NCBI GenBank assembly: GCA_963699165.1
Contig: OY969413.1
Span: 724,562 to 788,561 of the forward strand
Direction of reading: 5' to 3'
DNA length: 64,000 bases
From: Candidatus Kaiserbacteria bacterium
Lineage (GTDB): Bacteria; Patescibacteriota; Minisyncoccia; Phycocordibacterales; Phycocordibacteraceae
The position numbers and the translations under genes were made by a program. Below the pieces are notes generated by a model. That model was not told where the DNA came from, searched no databases, and saw nothing but the letters and a program-made list of their open reading frames with translations. This document shows, in pieces, positions 1-9,159 of the stretch (positions are counted from its first letter, which is position 1; each line of letters starts with the position of its first letter).

Positions 1-145
1 ACATCATCGGTTTTTTAAAAACTGCCCTTAAACATCTCGGCTGGAAGCCCCATCGATTACGCCCCTGCTCCTTTTTTGCTTCCGACCACCTAGGGCAGTT
101 TTTTGTACTCGAATGCAGTTACATGTGAAATCGGTTCACGTGTAA

Positions 146-1627
146 CTAACAAACATGATGTTTCTTCATTATGTTTCTGACCTCCTCGTCTTCTGCCTCC
201 TCTCGCCGCTGCTTACCGGTTTCGCCTAACTCTCGAAGGTTATCGTCAGTCATTTTTAAGAGCATTTCTGCCCGCTTATCTAGGTATTCCCTAGTGTTTC
301 TGGTTGAATCGTCCAGCACCTCTTCAAGGAGAGCATTGAGAACATACCCTATTCTGGGACCCGGTTTCTCGTAAAACTTCTCCATAATCCTATTTCCATC
401 GACCTTCAACATTTTCACCGATATTGGGTCGCGAAGGGCCTGCTCAACCATCGCCTTATATTTTCGAAAGCGAAAAGGTTGCTCTTTTGGACGGCCCGTG
501 CCGATGCGGTCGCAAATGCGCAAATTTAGCAAATCCCATATATTCGCTTCACCAACATTATTTATCATTCTTCGAACCGCAGATAAGGTGATTTGGTCGG
601 GATCAGAGAAAAACATGTGCCATCGGACCAACTTCGTAACCTTTTCTATGATTTCACGTGAAAAGCGCAAGTCCTCGAGTGCCTTTTTTGTTACACGTGA
701 ACCAACCACCTCGTGGCCATGGAAAGTCCACTCATGTTTTTCGTCTGACCAGCGGCGGGTCTCCGGCTTTGCAACGTCATGAAAGAGACCAGCCAGACGG
801 ACATCGAAGCTATAATCCTTATCCGCAGCGTGCTGCATTGTGCGCATGAGATGCTCAAAAACATCGTAGCTATGAGCTTGGTTTTGCTCAATTCCTATGC
901 CCCGCACTAAGTCCGGTGAAATAAACGTTAGAATATCGAGCTGCCTTGCGAGGAGCAGCGCATTCATCGGCTGGCTCGAATTAAGTATTCTAATGAGCTC
1001 ATCCCTAACCCTTTCACGTGAAACGTGTCTCAAATGCTTGCTATTTTCCTTTATCGCCATCGCGGTGTCGCCTTCAATGCCAAATCCAAGTTCTGCGACA
1101 AGACGTACGGCGCGCAGCATGCGGAGGGCATCTTCGTTGAATCGTTCCGAGGGATCTCCTACTGCCCGCACTATTTTGTCCTTTATGTCCTTTTGACCGT
1201 CATACGGATCAGTTAGATGTCCTTTAGAATCATCGAGCGCAATTGCATTCATTGTGAAGTCGCGGCGAGCAAGATCTTCGAGCAGGGAAGTGCCAAACTC
1301 AACTTTGTCCGGCCGCCGCTTGTCCGAATACTCGGACTCGGTCCGGAACGGCGTAACCTCAACGATTGCGAGTTTTTCATTTTCGGAACCTGTCTTTACT
1401 CCGACGGTTCCATAATCGTTTTCATAAAAAGAGTCAGGAAATACGGCCTGAATCTGTTCAGGGTTTGCATTGGTCGTGATATCCCAATCCTTAGGTTCAC
1501 GGCCTAAAATAAGGTCGCGAACGCATCCGCCGACCAAATACGCCTCGTAACCTGCGTTCCGCAGGCCGTCTGAAACTGCCGATATTTCCTTCGGTATCCT
1601 CTGCAGCATACGGGAATCGTAGCACAA
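146..1627 (-). CDS. cca: CCA tRNA nucleotidyltransferase with HD domain
   Basis: Motifs YLVGGCVRDL, DWDITT, RRDFTMNA, EDALRMLRA and the HD motif LFHDVAKP. The true start may be the second Met (MLQRIP). Confidence 0.9.
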   Translation of the reverse strand: MCYDSRMLQRIPKEISAVSDGLRNAGYEAYLVGGCVRDLILGREPKDWDITTNANPEQIQAVFPDSFYENDYGTVGVKTGSENEKLAIVEVTPFRTESEYSDKRRPDKVEFGTSLLEDLARRDFTMNAIALDDSKGHLTDPYDGQKDIKDKIVRAVGDPSERFNEDALRMLRAVRLVAELGFGIEGDTAMAIKENSKHLRHVSRERVRDELIRILNSSQPMNALLLARQLDILTFISPDLVRGIGIEQNQAHSYDVFEHLMRTMQHAADKDYSFDVRLAGLFHDVAKPETRRWSDEKHEWTFHGHEVVGSRVTKKALEDLRFSREIIEKVTKLVRWHMFFSDPDQITLSAVRRMINNVGEANIWDLLNLRICDRIGTGRPKEQPFRFRKYKAMVEQALRDPISVKMLKVDGNRIMEKFYEKPGPRIGYVLNALLEEVLDDSTRNTREYLDKRAEMLLKMTDDNLRELGETGKQRREEAEDEEVRNIMKKHHVC

Positions 1628-1669
1628 CGCGTCTGGTTTTTTCGGGTTTGTGCCGTAGTATGCAGGTAA

Positions 1670-1741
1670 GCCCTCGTGGTGAAATGGATATCACATCTGA
1701 CTTCGGATCAGACATTCCGGGTTCGAATCCTGGCGGGGGCA
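1670..1741 (+). tRNA. tRNA-Arg (TCG)
   Basis: Acceptor GCCCTCG/CGGGGGC, anticodon arm TCTGA-CTTCGGA-TCAGA, T-loop GTTCGAATC. CCA is not encoded. Confidence 0.93.
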
Positions 1742-1926
1742 CAAAACGAACGCAGTTAGATTTGTGCCCCGAAGCACGCCTCGGGGAGGCGTGCGTCCAG
1801 GATTCGAAGACCATGAGAGCATTTTATCGAGCATTCATATGCGAAGAGAAAATCCTCGTTCTCCAAGAGTCATTCTGCTGAATGAGGTGTACTGAAACTG
1901 TAAGTTTCGAATCCTGGTCGGGGCAC
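1742..1926 (+). repeat. tRNA-anchored structured unit after tRNA-Arg
   Basis: TTTGTGCCCCGA (1761), a hairpin, then CCAGGATTCGAA (1797-1808) form a split antisense. Direct copy TTCGAATCCTGGTCGGGGCAC at 1906-1926. Confidence 0.8.
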
Positions 1927-1966
1927 TAGAAATTGAACGGGGGAACGTGCTATCATGGCGCACAGC

Positions 1967-2037
1967 GCGGGTATGGTTCAATGGTAGAACATCTGGTTGC
2001 CAATCAGATGATGGGAGTTCGATTCTCCCTACCCGCA
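1967..2037 (+). tRNA. tRNA-Gly (GCC)
   Basis: Acceptor GCGGGTA/TACCCGC, anticodon arm TCTGG-TTGCCAA-TCAGA, T-loop GTTCGATTC. Confidence 0.95.
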
Positions 2038-2398
2038 CATACGAACAACGTGAGGATGTGCGGGTAAGCAGCCGCCTGCGCGGCTTGCGAGGGAGAATCG
2101 AAGGCCGCAGCGATATTCGGCTAGCAAGCCGAACCGCGAGGAGGGGCCGAGAAAATTCGTGAGCGGCGGCGAACGAATTATTCGTGGCCGATTCTCCCTA
2201 CCCGCACCGAAGGAGGCCATAAGAAAATCGAGTAATCTCGTTTTTTCTTATGCGCCGAACGAGGTGACGGGTATGGACATTTCCATACACGCACATACGA
2301 ACAACGTGAGGATGTGCGGGTAAGCAAGCCGCCGGTGCGGCTTGCGAGGGAGAATTGAAGGCTCGAATGCGTACTCGCCGGTTCTCCCCATGCCCGCA
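2038..2398 (+). repeat. Two tRNA-anchored structured units after tRNA-Gly(GCC), the second degenerate
   Basis: ATGTGCGGGTA, hairpin, AGGGAGAATCGAA at 2056-2102. Direct copy CGATTCTCCCTACCCGCAC at 2189-2207. The pattern recurs at about 2281-2398. Confidence 0.85.
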
Positions 2399-2590
2399 AT
2401 TCACCTTTCCACCCCATCTTCATCTTAAGTTCCGAATATGCTTTATATAAGCCGTTTTTGCTTGTCTTTTGGTTATGTGGTAGAAGTGGATAAAGGTGTT
2501 AACACTGGGGATAAGAGACATTTGTCTCTTATCTTTGGGTGCAGAAATGTCTGCTGTATACTTAGTAAATGAGCCGTTTTTCTAAAAGCC

Positions 2591-2986
2591 GTGGACGTTT
2601 CATCTAAGAGCCGCAAGGAAGTCGGGGCACTTGGGGAGAATGTCGCCTCCGAGTATCTGAGGCGGCGTGGTTTCTCGATTAGAGACCGCAACGTCGCGCG
2701 GAAAACCGGGGAGTTGGATATTGTTGCCAGAAAAGGCGACACGCTCCACTTTGTGGAGGTGAAGACGATGCTTGCTGATGCCTTCCCAAATGACACGGCG
2801 AAGTCCGATGAATATGATCCCTCCCTCAATTTGCACGAGGCAAAAATCAGGAAGGTCGCACGGACCGGCGAATGGTATGTCCTTGAGAACGATTGGGAAG
2901 GGGATTGGCAGGTTGATGGCTGCCTCGTTTGGATACGCCGACATGACGGCATGGCGTTTGTACGCTACCTGCCGCAAATTGTTTGA
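2591..2986 (+). CDS. yraN: YraN family (UPF0102) PD-(D/E)XK endonuclease
   Basis: GALGENVA, RN...GELDIVA, LHFVEVKT motifs. Confidence 0.88.
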   Translation: MDVSSKSRKEVGALGENVASEYLRRRGFSIRDRNVARKTGELDIVARKGDTLHFVEVKTMLADAFPNDTAKSDEYDPSLNLHEAKIRKVARTGEWYVLENDWEGDWQVDGCLVWIRRHDGMAFVRYLPQIV

Positions 2987-3019
2987 TTTCCCCTCACTAC
3001 CCCATATATGGTAGTATTT

Positions 3020-3196
3020 CGCTCCGCTACGTTCGGGCCGCCGAGATTGGTCACGAATCTCGCCTCGCCGTCGCTCGGACTCGTTCGCGACCCCGCCTCG
3101 TCGTTTCGCCTGCTGGCGAAACATGACTGCGGCATTCAATTCTCGACGCATTGCGCGCAGGCGCAATGCTACGCCCCTCACTCCGCTCCGCTACGT
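3020..3196 (-). repeat. tRNA-anchored structured unit after tRNA-Pro
   Basis: Exact 27-bp direct repeat CGCTCCGCTACGTTCGGGCCGCCGAGA at 3020-3046 and 3184-3210. Internal antisense TCGAGAATTGAA and scaffold ATGTTTCGCCAGCAGGCGAAAC, shared with the Gly(TCC) unit. Confidence 0.87.
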
Positions 3197-3267
3197 TCGG
3201 GCCGCCGAGAATTGAACTCGGTCTGCCTGCTCCCAAAGCAGGTGTACTACCGGCATACTCCGGCCCG
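3197..3267 (-). tRNA. tRNA-Pro (TGG)
   Basis: On the minus strand: acceptor CGGGCCG/CGGCCCG, anticodon arm CCTGC-TTTGGGA-GCAGG, T-loop GTTCAATTC. Confidence 0.9.
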
Positions 3268-3428
3268 TCATACGAGATGGCATCATCCTGCGACGCCAGT
3301 ATGCAGTCCACAAACACTTTTCGTCCTTCAAGCACACCCTGCTTAGCGTTGCGAGCGCAGGACCAATCGCAATGCCATTTCGTGTGCACGGGCTCCGGCC
3401 CGTTATCTGCATCCTAACAGCTTTATTC

Positions 3429-4670
3429 TTATTGTGGCAATTGCGCGGCGATGACCGCTTCGAGCGAAGGCAACTGCGCCGCGAAGTTTGAAAGAGCAGT
3501 TGCTGTCGGTTCGGATATGAGTTGGTCAATCGGCTGTCCCGTTTCACTTGCGTATTCAGCCCGAACATAGGACGCGCTGATTGCATTTAGAGAACGCGAA
3601 TCCGTCGCGCCCTGCACCGTACTCGTGGTAATCGTACCAACGAGTTCGCCGGAAGCATCAGACACGCCGCCGCCTGAAGAACCTTCCTGCGCGGCCGCCG
3701 AACCGCCGAGCGCAAGCACGTCAACCGAACGCACGGCAAATGTGAGCACTTGCTTTATCGAACCGAACACGATGGTGGGGAAGAGATCGGACTGGATTTG
3801 GCTCGTATCAAGAAACTGCGCGCCATACGAAGCAATGACTACGGGCGTATTTGCAGCCGGTGGCGATTCGGCCAGCGCTATTGACGGGAACGAAGCGGGA
3901 AGGGGATGGGTTGTTTCGCTTTTTGTAATGGCAAGAAGCGCGAAGTCATACTGGCCGGTTCCGCTCGGATTTGCCTGCGTCAGCACGCTTTTGTTCGTTT
4001 GCAGCCAAATGGTTGGAATGTAGATAAGCGCCGCACTGTAACTGTCCACGGCCGGACTGCCGGTGCGGATGCTGCAACTCACATTTTTATCGACCAGAAG
4101 AAAATATTGCGCGATGTGCGCATTGGTGAGAATGATGCCTTTCGGGTCGATGATGACGCCGCTGCCGGAAATGGAATGCAGGCCGCTGTTCGCCGGTACA
4201 TAACAAAGAATATTTACGAGCGCGCCGCGAAGCAGAGCGGCCGACGCATTAAGCTGCGCATCCGCGGATTCGGAAAGAACCGTTGCCTGCGCAGGCGTGG
4301 AAGAGGGAACCGGGGAAGTCGGAGTCGAAATCGTCATCGGCGATGCGGGCGAAGTTGCCGAAGTGGGGTTTGTCTTCTTTTGATCGGCAACCGGCGCGGA
4401 ACTTGCGGCCGACTTTGCCGTTTCGGTTTTCGGCGCAATCTCTCCGCTAGAGGTTGCATTCTCGGTATTCTGCCTTTGAGTCGTCGAGTATTGAGGGGCG
4501 GGGGTCTTCTCGTGCACAATATTTAGTCCTGGCAGCGTTGTGCTTGTAATGTGCCCGTTCGACGCGGGCGCTTGAAATACGGATGGGCCGCCGATAAAAA
4601 TTGCGGCAAAACCGCCGACGACGAGAGCGGCCGCGATGCCGAGATAGGGAGTAAATCTCTCCACTTCCAT
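3429..4670 (-). CDS. Membrane-anchored trypsin-like serine protease
   Basis: N-terminal TM, S/T/P/A-rich linker, GSGVII...LTNAH, YDFALL and EGSSGG catalytic motifs. Confidence 0.85.
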   Translation of the reverse strand: MEVERFTPYLGIAAALVVGGFAAIFIGGPSVFQAPASNGHITSTTLPGLNIVHEKTPAPQYSTTQRQNTENATSSGEIAPKTETAKSAASSAPVADQKKTNPTSATSPASPMTISTPTSPVPSSTPAQATVLSESADAQLNASAALLRGALVNILCYVPANSGLHSISGSGVIIDPKGIILTNAHIAQYFLLVDKNVSCSIRTGSPAVDSYSAALIYIPTIWLQTNKSVLTQANPSGTGQYDFALLAITKSETTHPLPASFPSIALAESPPAANTPVVIASYGAQFLDTSQIQSDLFPTIVFGSIKQVLTFAVRSVDVLALGGSAAAQEGSSGGGVSDASGELVGTITTSTVQGATDSRSLNAISASYVRAEYASETGQPIDQLISEPTATALSNFAAQLPSLEAVIAAQLPQ

Positions 4671-4702
4671 AAGGTAACCTAAAAATGGTATCCTCGCATT
4701 AC

Positions 4703-4773
4703 GCGGGATTAGTTTAATGGTAGAACGTCAGTTTTCCAAACTGAGAGCAGGAGTTCGATTCTCCTATCCCGCA
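4703..4773 (+). tRNA. tRNA-Gly (TCC)
   Basis: Acceptor GCGGGAT/ATCCCGC, anticodon arm TCAGT-TTTCCAA-ACTGA, T-loop GTTCGATTC. Confidence 0.95.
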
Positions 4774-5113
4774 CATACGAACGAAGTGAGAATATGCGGG
4801 ATAAACAAGCCGCCTGCGCGGCTTGTGTGGAGAATCGAAGGCCGCAGCGATGTTTCGCCAGCAGGCGAAACCGCGAGGCGGGGCCGAGAAAATTCGTGAG
4901 TGACGACGAACGAATTATTCCTGGCCGGTTCTCCTATCCCGCACAAAACGAGTCCACGAGATTTTGTGCGGGATTGAGCGGGACGCGGGGCGTCCCGCTC
5001 GGAGAATCGAAGGCCGGAGGCGCGACGGCGCCGAGGCGGGGTCGCGCAAATTTTCAGCAGAAAATTATGCGTGACCGAAAGGTGTAATCACCGGTTCTCC
5101 TATCCCGCACAAA
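4774..5113 (+). repeat. Two tandem tRNA-anchored structured units after tRNA-Gly(TCC)
   Basis: TGCGGGAT, hairpin, GGAGAATCGAA occurs twice. Direct copies TTCTCCTATCCCGCACAAA at 4929-4947 and 5095-5113. Confidence 0.88.
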
Positions 5114-5186
5114 TCACCATCAAGAAACCGGTTAAGCATTTCAGCAAAAGTGTTACTATTTGCATAAATTGCCATTAGGAAAAGTT

Positions 5187-6476
5187 ATGGGAAAAATGCA
5201 TCATGGAGAGAGAATTAATCCGCCTCACGAGAAACCTCCCGAGGAGGAAGCGAGAATTCCTGAACAACCCAGAGAAGGAACGCGGGGAAATATCGAGTTC
5301 GTGCCGGAGAATACGTTGGACGCAATAGACGTTGAAGATTTGACTCGTAAACTTTCCAAACTTGATTTTACCAATGACAGTGAGAATAACGTTGCACAGC
5401 TCCGGGATTTTATAAATTTTGACCTTAATCCGAGCGGGACACTTGGATTTCTGGATATTTTGCTTGCTTTGCGAACTGTCGCAAAGCAAGCGTTTGAACA
5501 GGATGGAATATCCGCACCACTCTATTGGACTATATTGGATTATTTTCAGACACGCGAGTCGCTTCCAAAACCATTTGGAACACCGGACGAATTAAACGAC
5601 GACGGTTACGTAGAAGACGGTTTCATCTATACAATCTTGAAAAAGAAGCTCTCCGAAGAACTTGTTACTTTCGCTCACAAACGCGAACGGGGTGCTGATG
5701 AAAGAGCTGTTTTTGTGCCGAGCGACAATACGAAGTTGGACGAAGAGGATGCCGCATTCCTGCATATCTTGAAAGAAAACCATATTACTGATGCCGTTGA
5801 ACATAAACTCGGGATAAAACTTGAAAATCTTGGCGAGCTCGCTCAAATCCGATTTCTTTCATACATTGCAGGACAATCGAACGAGGGCATGGATTGGACT
5901 GCGGAATTGTTCGAAAAGTACACCGAGGAAGAGCGCATACAAATATGCTACACGCTGCTTGCCTTTACGGAATATCCGGAATTAAGTTATACGCTTTTTT
6001 CTTTTTGCGAAGACCCGGAGTATGCGCGGCCGGTCATTAAAATCGTATCGGATATATTGCGGAATGTCGACAAAACGGAAGAATTTTTACGCGCCGAATT
6101 CAAATCGGAAGGGGATCATAAGGCAATTGATTTGCTCCGAAAGAAATTGATTGAGCGGGCAGATTCAGTGCTAAATACATACTTGCGTGCGTGGTATGGC
6201 TATCGTCATAAAGAATATGAAATATCGGAAGAAAATACCGATAGTAAAAAATTACCGGCCGGCGAAAAAGAACGCATTGCGGCAGAAATCGAGGAGTTAA
6301 AAAATGCATTGGCCGAGAAAGCGAAACGTGATCTTCAATACGCCAATGCCGACCAAGTGCTTTTCATGAACGCTTTTAAAACGTTAAAAGATCAAGGGAA
6401 GCTGCGCCTCGAAGATGTGCGAGGCGTTTCGCTTGTGACTGGAAGGTACCCCTTTCTTCGTACACTCATTCTATAA
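5187..6476 (+). pseudogene. Hypothetical helical protein, 3' end truncated by IS3
   Basis: Long acidic ORF whose last codons and stop lie inside the IS3 inverted repeat starting at 6440. Start uncertain. Confidence 0.6.
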
Positions 6477-6486
6477 GTATAGGATA

Positions 6487-7266
6487 CTATGCTCTGCTCA
6501 GAGCAACAAACTCTCTTGGCGCCATACGCAGTGCTGAGTGAATGCGAGCGGTATTGTGATAGTGGATGGTGAGGTAGATCTCAGCCACTAATTCACCTAA
6601 CGTGTCGAATCGGTTCGGATCACCCAGGTCAATCTTGAACCCTTTGTAGAAGGACTCTTGGTAGCCATTCTCCCAGGGACATCCAGGACGAGACATAGAT
6701 TGCTGTATGCCGATCGTTGCCACGAGCATCGCATAATCCTTTGAGGCATACTCGCTGCCTTGATCCGAATGGATGACACGAGGTGGCGATTTGTGATGTA
6801 GCGCAGAGAGAAGTGCATTCATGATGAGTTGCGTGCTGTGGGTGGTGAGGACTGACACACCGACAATCTCTCGGGAATAGACGTCAAGGATGGTAGCGAC
6901 GTATACCCAGTACCCGTGGTACTTGAGGTAGGTGAAGTCACTCGCCCAGATGTCACCGTCCTGCTCGGGAGTTTGATGGAGCAAGAAGTTCGGGAATATA
7001 CTGTCTTTTGTCTTTAGCACAAATCGCTTCTTTGCGGTCCTCCGATATGGTTTGATACCGAACAATTTCATCACACGCAGAATGCGCTTTTTGTTGACTT
7101 TGAGGTAGAGTGCCAACCGTTTGTGCCCATAGGCGGGATGGCTATGCAGAGCTTCTTCGATGAGTTGCTTTGTGTGCCAATCCCTCCGAGCCTGCTTCGG
7201 CTCGTAGTACAGCGTACTGCGAGCAATACCGCTCTCGCGTGCAAGAGCACTCTTGTTTTCTCTCAT
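6487..7266 (-). CDS. IS3 transposase OrfB (DDE/rve)
   Basis: WASDFTY, HSDQGSEY, PWENGYQESF. TGATG overlap with OrfA. Confidence 0.9.
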   Translation of the reverse strand: MRENKSALARESGIARSTLYYEPKQARRDWHTKQLIEEALHSHPAYGHKRLALYLKVNKKRILRVMKLFGIKPYRRTAKKRFVLKTKDSIFPNFLLHQTPEQDGDIWASDFTYLKYHGYWVYVATILDVYSREIVGVSVLTTHSTQLIMNALLSALHHKSPPRVIHSDQGSEYASKDYAMLVATIGIQQSMSRPGCPWENGYQESFYKGFKIDLGDPNRFDTLGELVAEIYLTIHYHNTARIHSALRMAPREFVALSRA

Positions 7267-7526
7267 CAAGAGCCCCTTTTTTCTCCGTTTGAGAGTTTAA
7301 ACGTCAATTCTCCGATGAGTGCTTTAAGGAGACCGTTCTCCTTCTTCACTCTGTTGTGCTCAATGATACTCACTCCTTTTGCAGAGGTGCCAAGCCAAGC
7401 ATAGATAGTGACGGTACTGACTCCGTGTTCTTTCGCTGCCTCAGCGACACTGATGCCATCGTTTTTGATACGGTTGATAATCTGCTCCTTAATCTCAGGA
7501 GCAATACGGTATGCTTTCTTTGCCAT
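7266..7526 (-). CDS. IS3 transposase OrfA (HTH)
   Basis: SVAEAAKEHGVSTVTIYAW HTH followed by a leucine zipper. Confidence 0.88.
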   Translation of the reverse strand: MAKKAYRIAPEIKEQIINRIKNDGISVAEAAKEHGVSTVTIYAWLGTSAKGVSIIEHNRVKKENGLLKALIGELTFKLSNGEKRGS

Positions 7527-7846
7527 AGGTACATTCTAAATTAGCTGCTGGTATTTAGAATGAGTGTCCGACGTTTGGGGTACCTTGCACAGCGGCTCGT
7601 GATTCCTCTTCGCCTGCATGATTTCACGCGCAACACGCACATATTATTTTGCGGCTGCCGGAACTCGTGCGGGTAAGAGGGATCGCATTTGCGATTCCTA
7701 AGCAAAGGCTTGTCTGTGTGCCCGAGAAACACAGAATGTGCGGACGAGACAATGTGCATAATCTTTTGCACATATCTTGCTCGAAGGAGCATCCTGCCGT
7801 GGTCGTCATTACCATGGGTCCGTCAGGAATCCCTAAGGAGGGAAAA

Positions 7847-8788
7847 ATGAACAACATAGCGAAAATTCGTAAGTCGGCCGCCGTCCGCATATGGCGGGTT
7901 TTGAGTCCTCAGGGACTCAACCACCCGATGGTGTGTGCACCATCGGAGTGGTTGCTCGAGCGGCTCGCGGAGTCCTTCGAGTCTGACGCCCAGATCTCTA
8001 AGGAGATCTGGAAAATTGCGTGCAGGGCGTTTGCTCTGCACTACCCGGGGCTCGAACGGCCCCTGGGGTCGTGCTACCACCCGGACGTGCACGACGTGCT
8101 CGACGTCGTGTATCACTACGGGGCGGCGGCGCAACGCGCGTTGCGCAAGACCGCTGCAGCGGCAGCAGTGGTCGTCACGTCCCAGCGCGAGCTGTGGACG
8201 AAGTCGGACGTGTTCCCGACGGAGGAGGGGACGTATTACGTCCCGCCGACCGGGAAGGGCTTCCGGCACGTCGAGTTGACGGCGGGGTATCTCGGCCGTC
8301 TCGCCGACGCGGTGCGCGAAGGTCGCGCACCGGAGGTGCGGGACATCCGTCCCGAATTCTTCGAAGTCGGCTGGGATGCGCGCATCGAAGCGATGCGTCG
8401 CATCGACGCCAAACTGCGCGAGCAGTATGGCGAACTGGCCGCGCTCGTCGCGCGCGACCACCGGGGCGCCATCGTCGAGTCGACTTCGGACCATCTCGAC
8501 TGGTCCGAACGGTGGTATGACAACGGGCACTGCCCGAACGGTCGTACTACCAACCGGATGGAGACCGACGGCCGAAAGGTCGTCATCTCCTCCGAGGAAA
8601 CCGAGGCGCCGCAGGGGTATTTCTGCGGTGGCGGCCGCAGGGAAATCCGGGTGGACAGCGCCACTTACGCCGTCGACGTTCAGTACGAGCCGAGGGTTGG
8701 GTACCGGCTCGGCCGCGTTTATTTGTGGCCGGGGTATAACCCGGCCACGGTCGCGGAGGCGCTCCACGACGCAATGAACCTCAAGTAG
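7847..8788 (+). CDS. Hypothetical protein (cassette ORF1)
   Basis: Strong SD AAGGAGG before ATG 7847. GC-rich third codon positions. Confidence 0.65.
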   Translation: MNNIAKIRKSAAVRIWRVLSPQGLNHPMVCAPSEWLLERLAESFESDAQISKEIWKIACRAFALHYPGLERPLGSCYHPDVHDVLDVVYHYGAAAQRALRKTAAAAAVVVTSQRELWTKSDVFPTEEGTYYVPPTGKGFRHVELTAGYLGRLADAVREGRAPEVRDIRPEFFEVGWDARIEAMRRIDAKLREQYGELAALVARDHRGAIVESTSDHLDWSERWYDNGHCPNGRTTNRMETDGRKVVISSEETEAPQGYFCGGGRREIRVDSATYAVDVQYEPRVGYRLGRVYLWPGYNPATVAEALHDAMNLK

Positions 8789-9019
8789 TTCGCCCCATGT
8801 GCCGTGCCGCATGGACAGTAGTTCTTTCCCGCAAGCGTAGCACGGAGCGCTGGCAACGAGTTTCGGAAAACTCGTAAATATTTCCGAGGTTGGCAGCGAG
8901 CCGGGCGTTAGTCCATTCGCTTGCAGGCAGGTCTGTGGAGTAGGCGACGGCGGTCCGTTGTCTACTCCACTCTATTCAGCCCGCGAATTGTTCGTTGGCT
9001 GATTGAGAATATGAAATCG

Positions 9020-9159
9020 AATTGCCGTTCCTCTTTTCCGATGGTACGCACTTGTGCGTAGTTTCAGGAAAGAGGAACGGCAATCAACGCGATTGTTGTT
9101 CCGAAAAATACTCGGGCGCGTGAGCGCCAACCGGCACCGAAAGGTGCGAGGAGAGAGTC
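9020..9159 (+). repeat. Structured leader repeat A, copy 1
   Basis: Hairpin ATTGCCGTTCCTCTTT..AAAGAGGAACGGCAAT plus small hairpins up to the SD. Repeated at 9823-9968. Confidence 0.85.

Larger units (their letters stand above)
6440..7589 (-). mobile_element. IS3-family element
   Basis: Imperfect terminal IRs TGGAAGGTACCCC..ACACTCATTCTA and TGCAAGGTACCCC..ACACTCATTCTA. Encodes OrfA and OrfB. No TSD seen. Confidence 0.9.

Noticed and set aside
17-103. Hairpin AAAAACTGCCCT/AGGGCAGTTTTT downstream of cca, possibly a ribosomal-protein leader
   Set aside because: The downstream gene lies outside the window and I cannot assign a family.
2470-2515. GTGG repeats and a GTGGATAA box upstream of yraN (MraZ-like or DnaA-like sites)
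   Set aside because: Spacing is irregular and there is no mraZ or other supporting context.
1742-5113. tRNA-linked repeats as a CRISPR or TIGR array, or as tRNA introns
   Set aside because: There is no regular short repeat-spacer period and no cas or Nop-domain gene. Each tRNA is complete without splicing.
8995-9020. CTGATTGA..GAAA as a third hammerhead
   Set aside because: The core is non-canonical and I found no convincing stem II or stem III.
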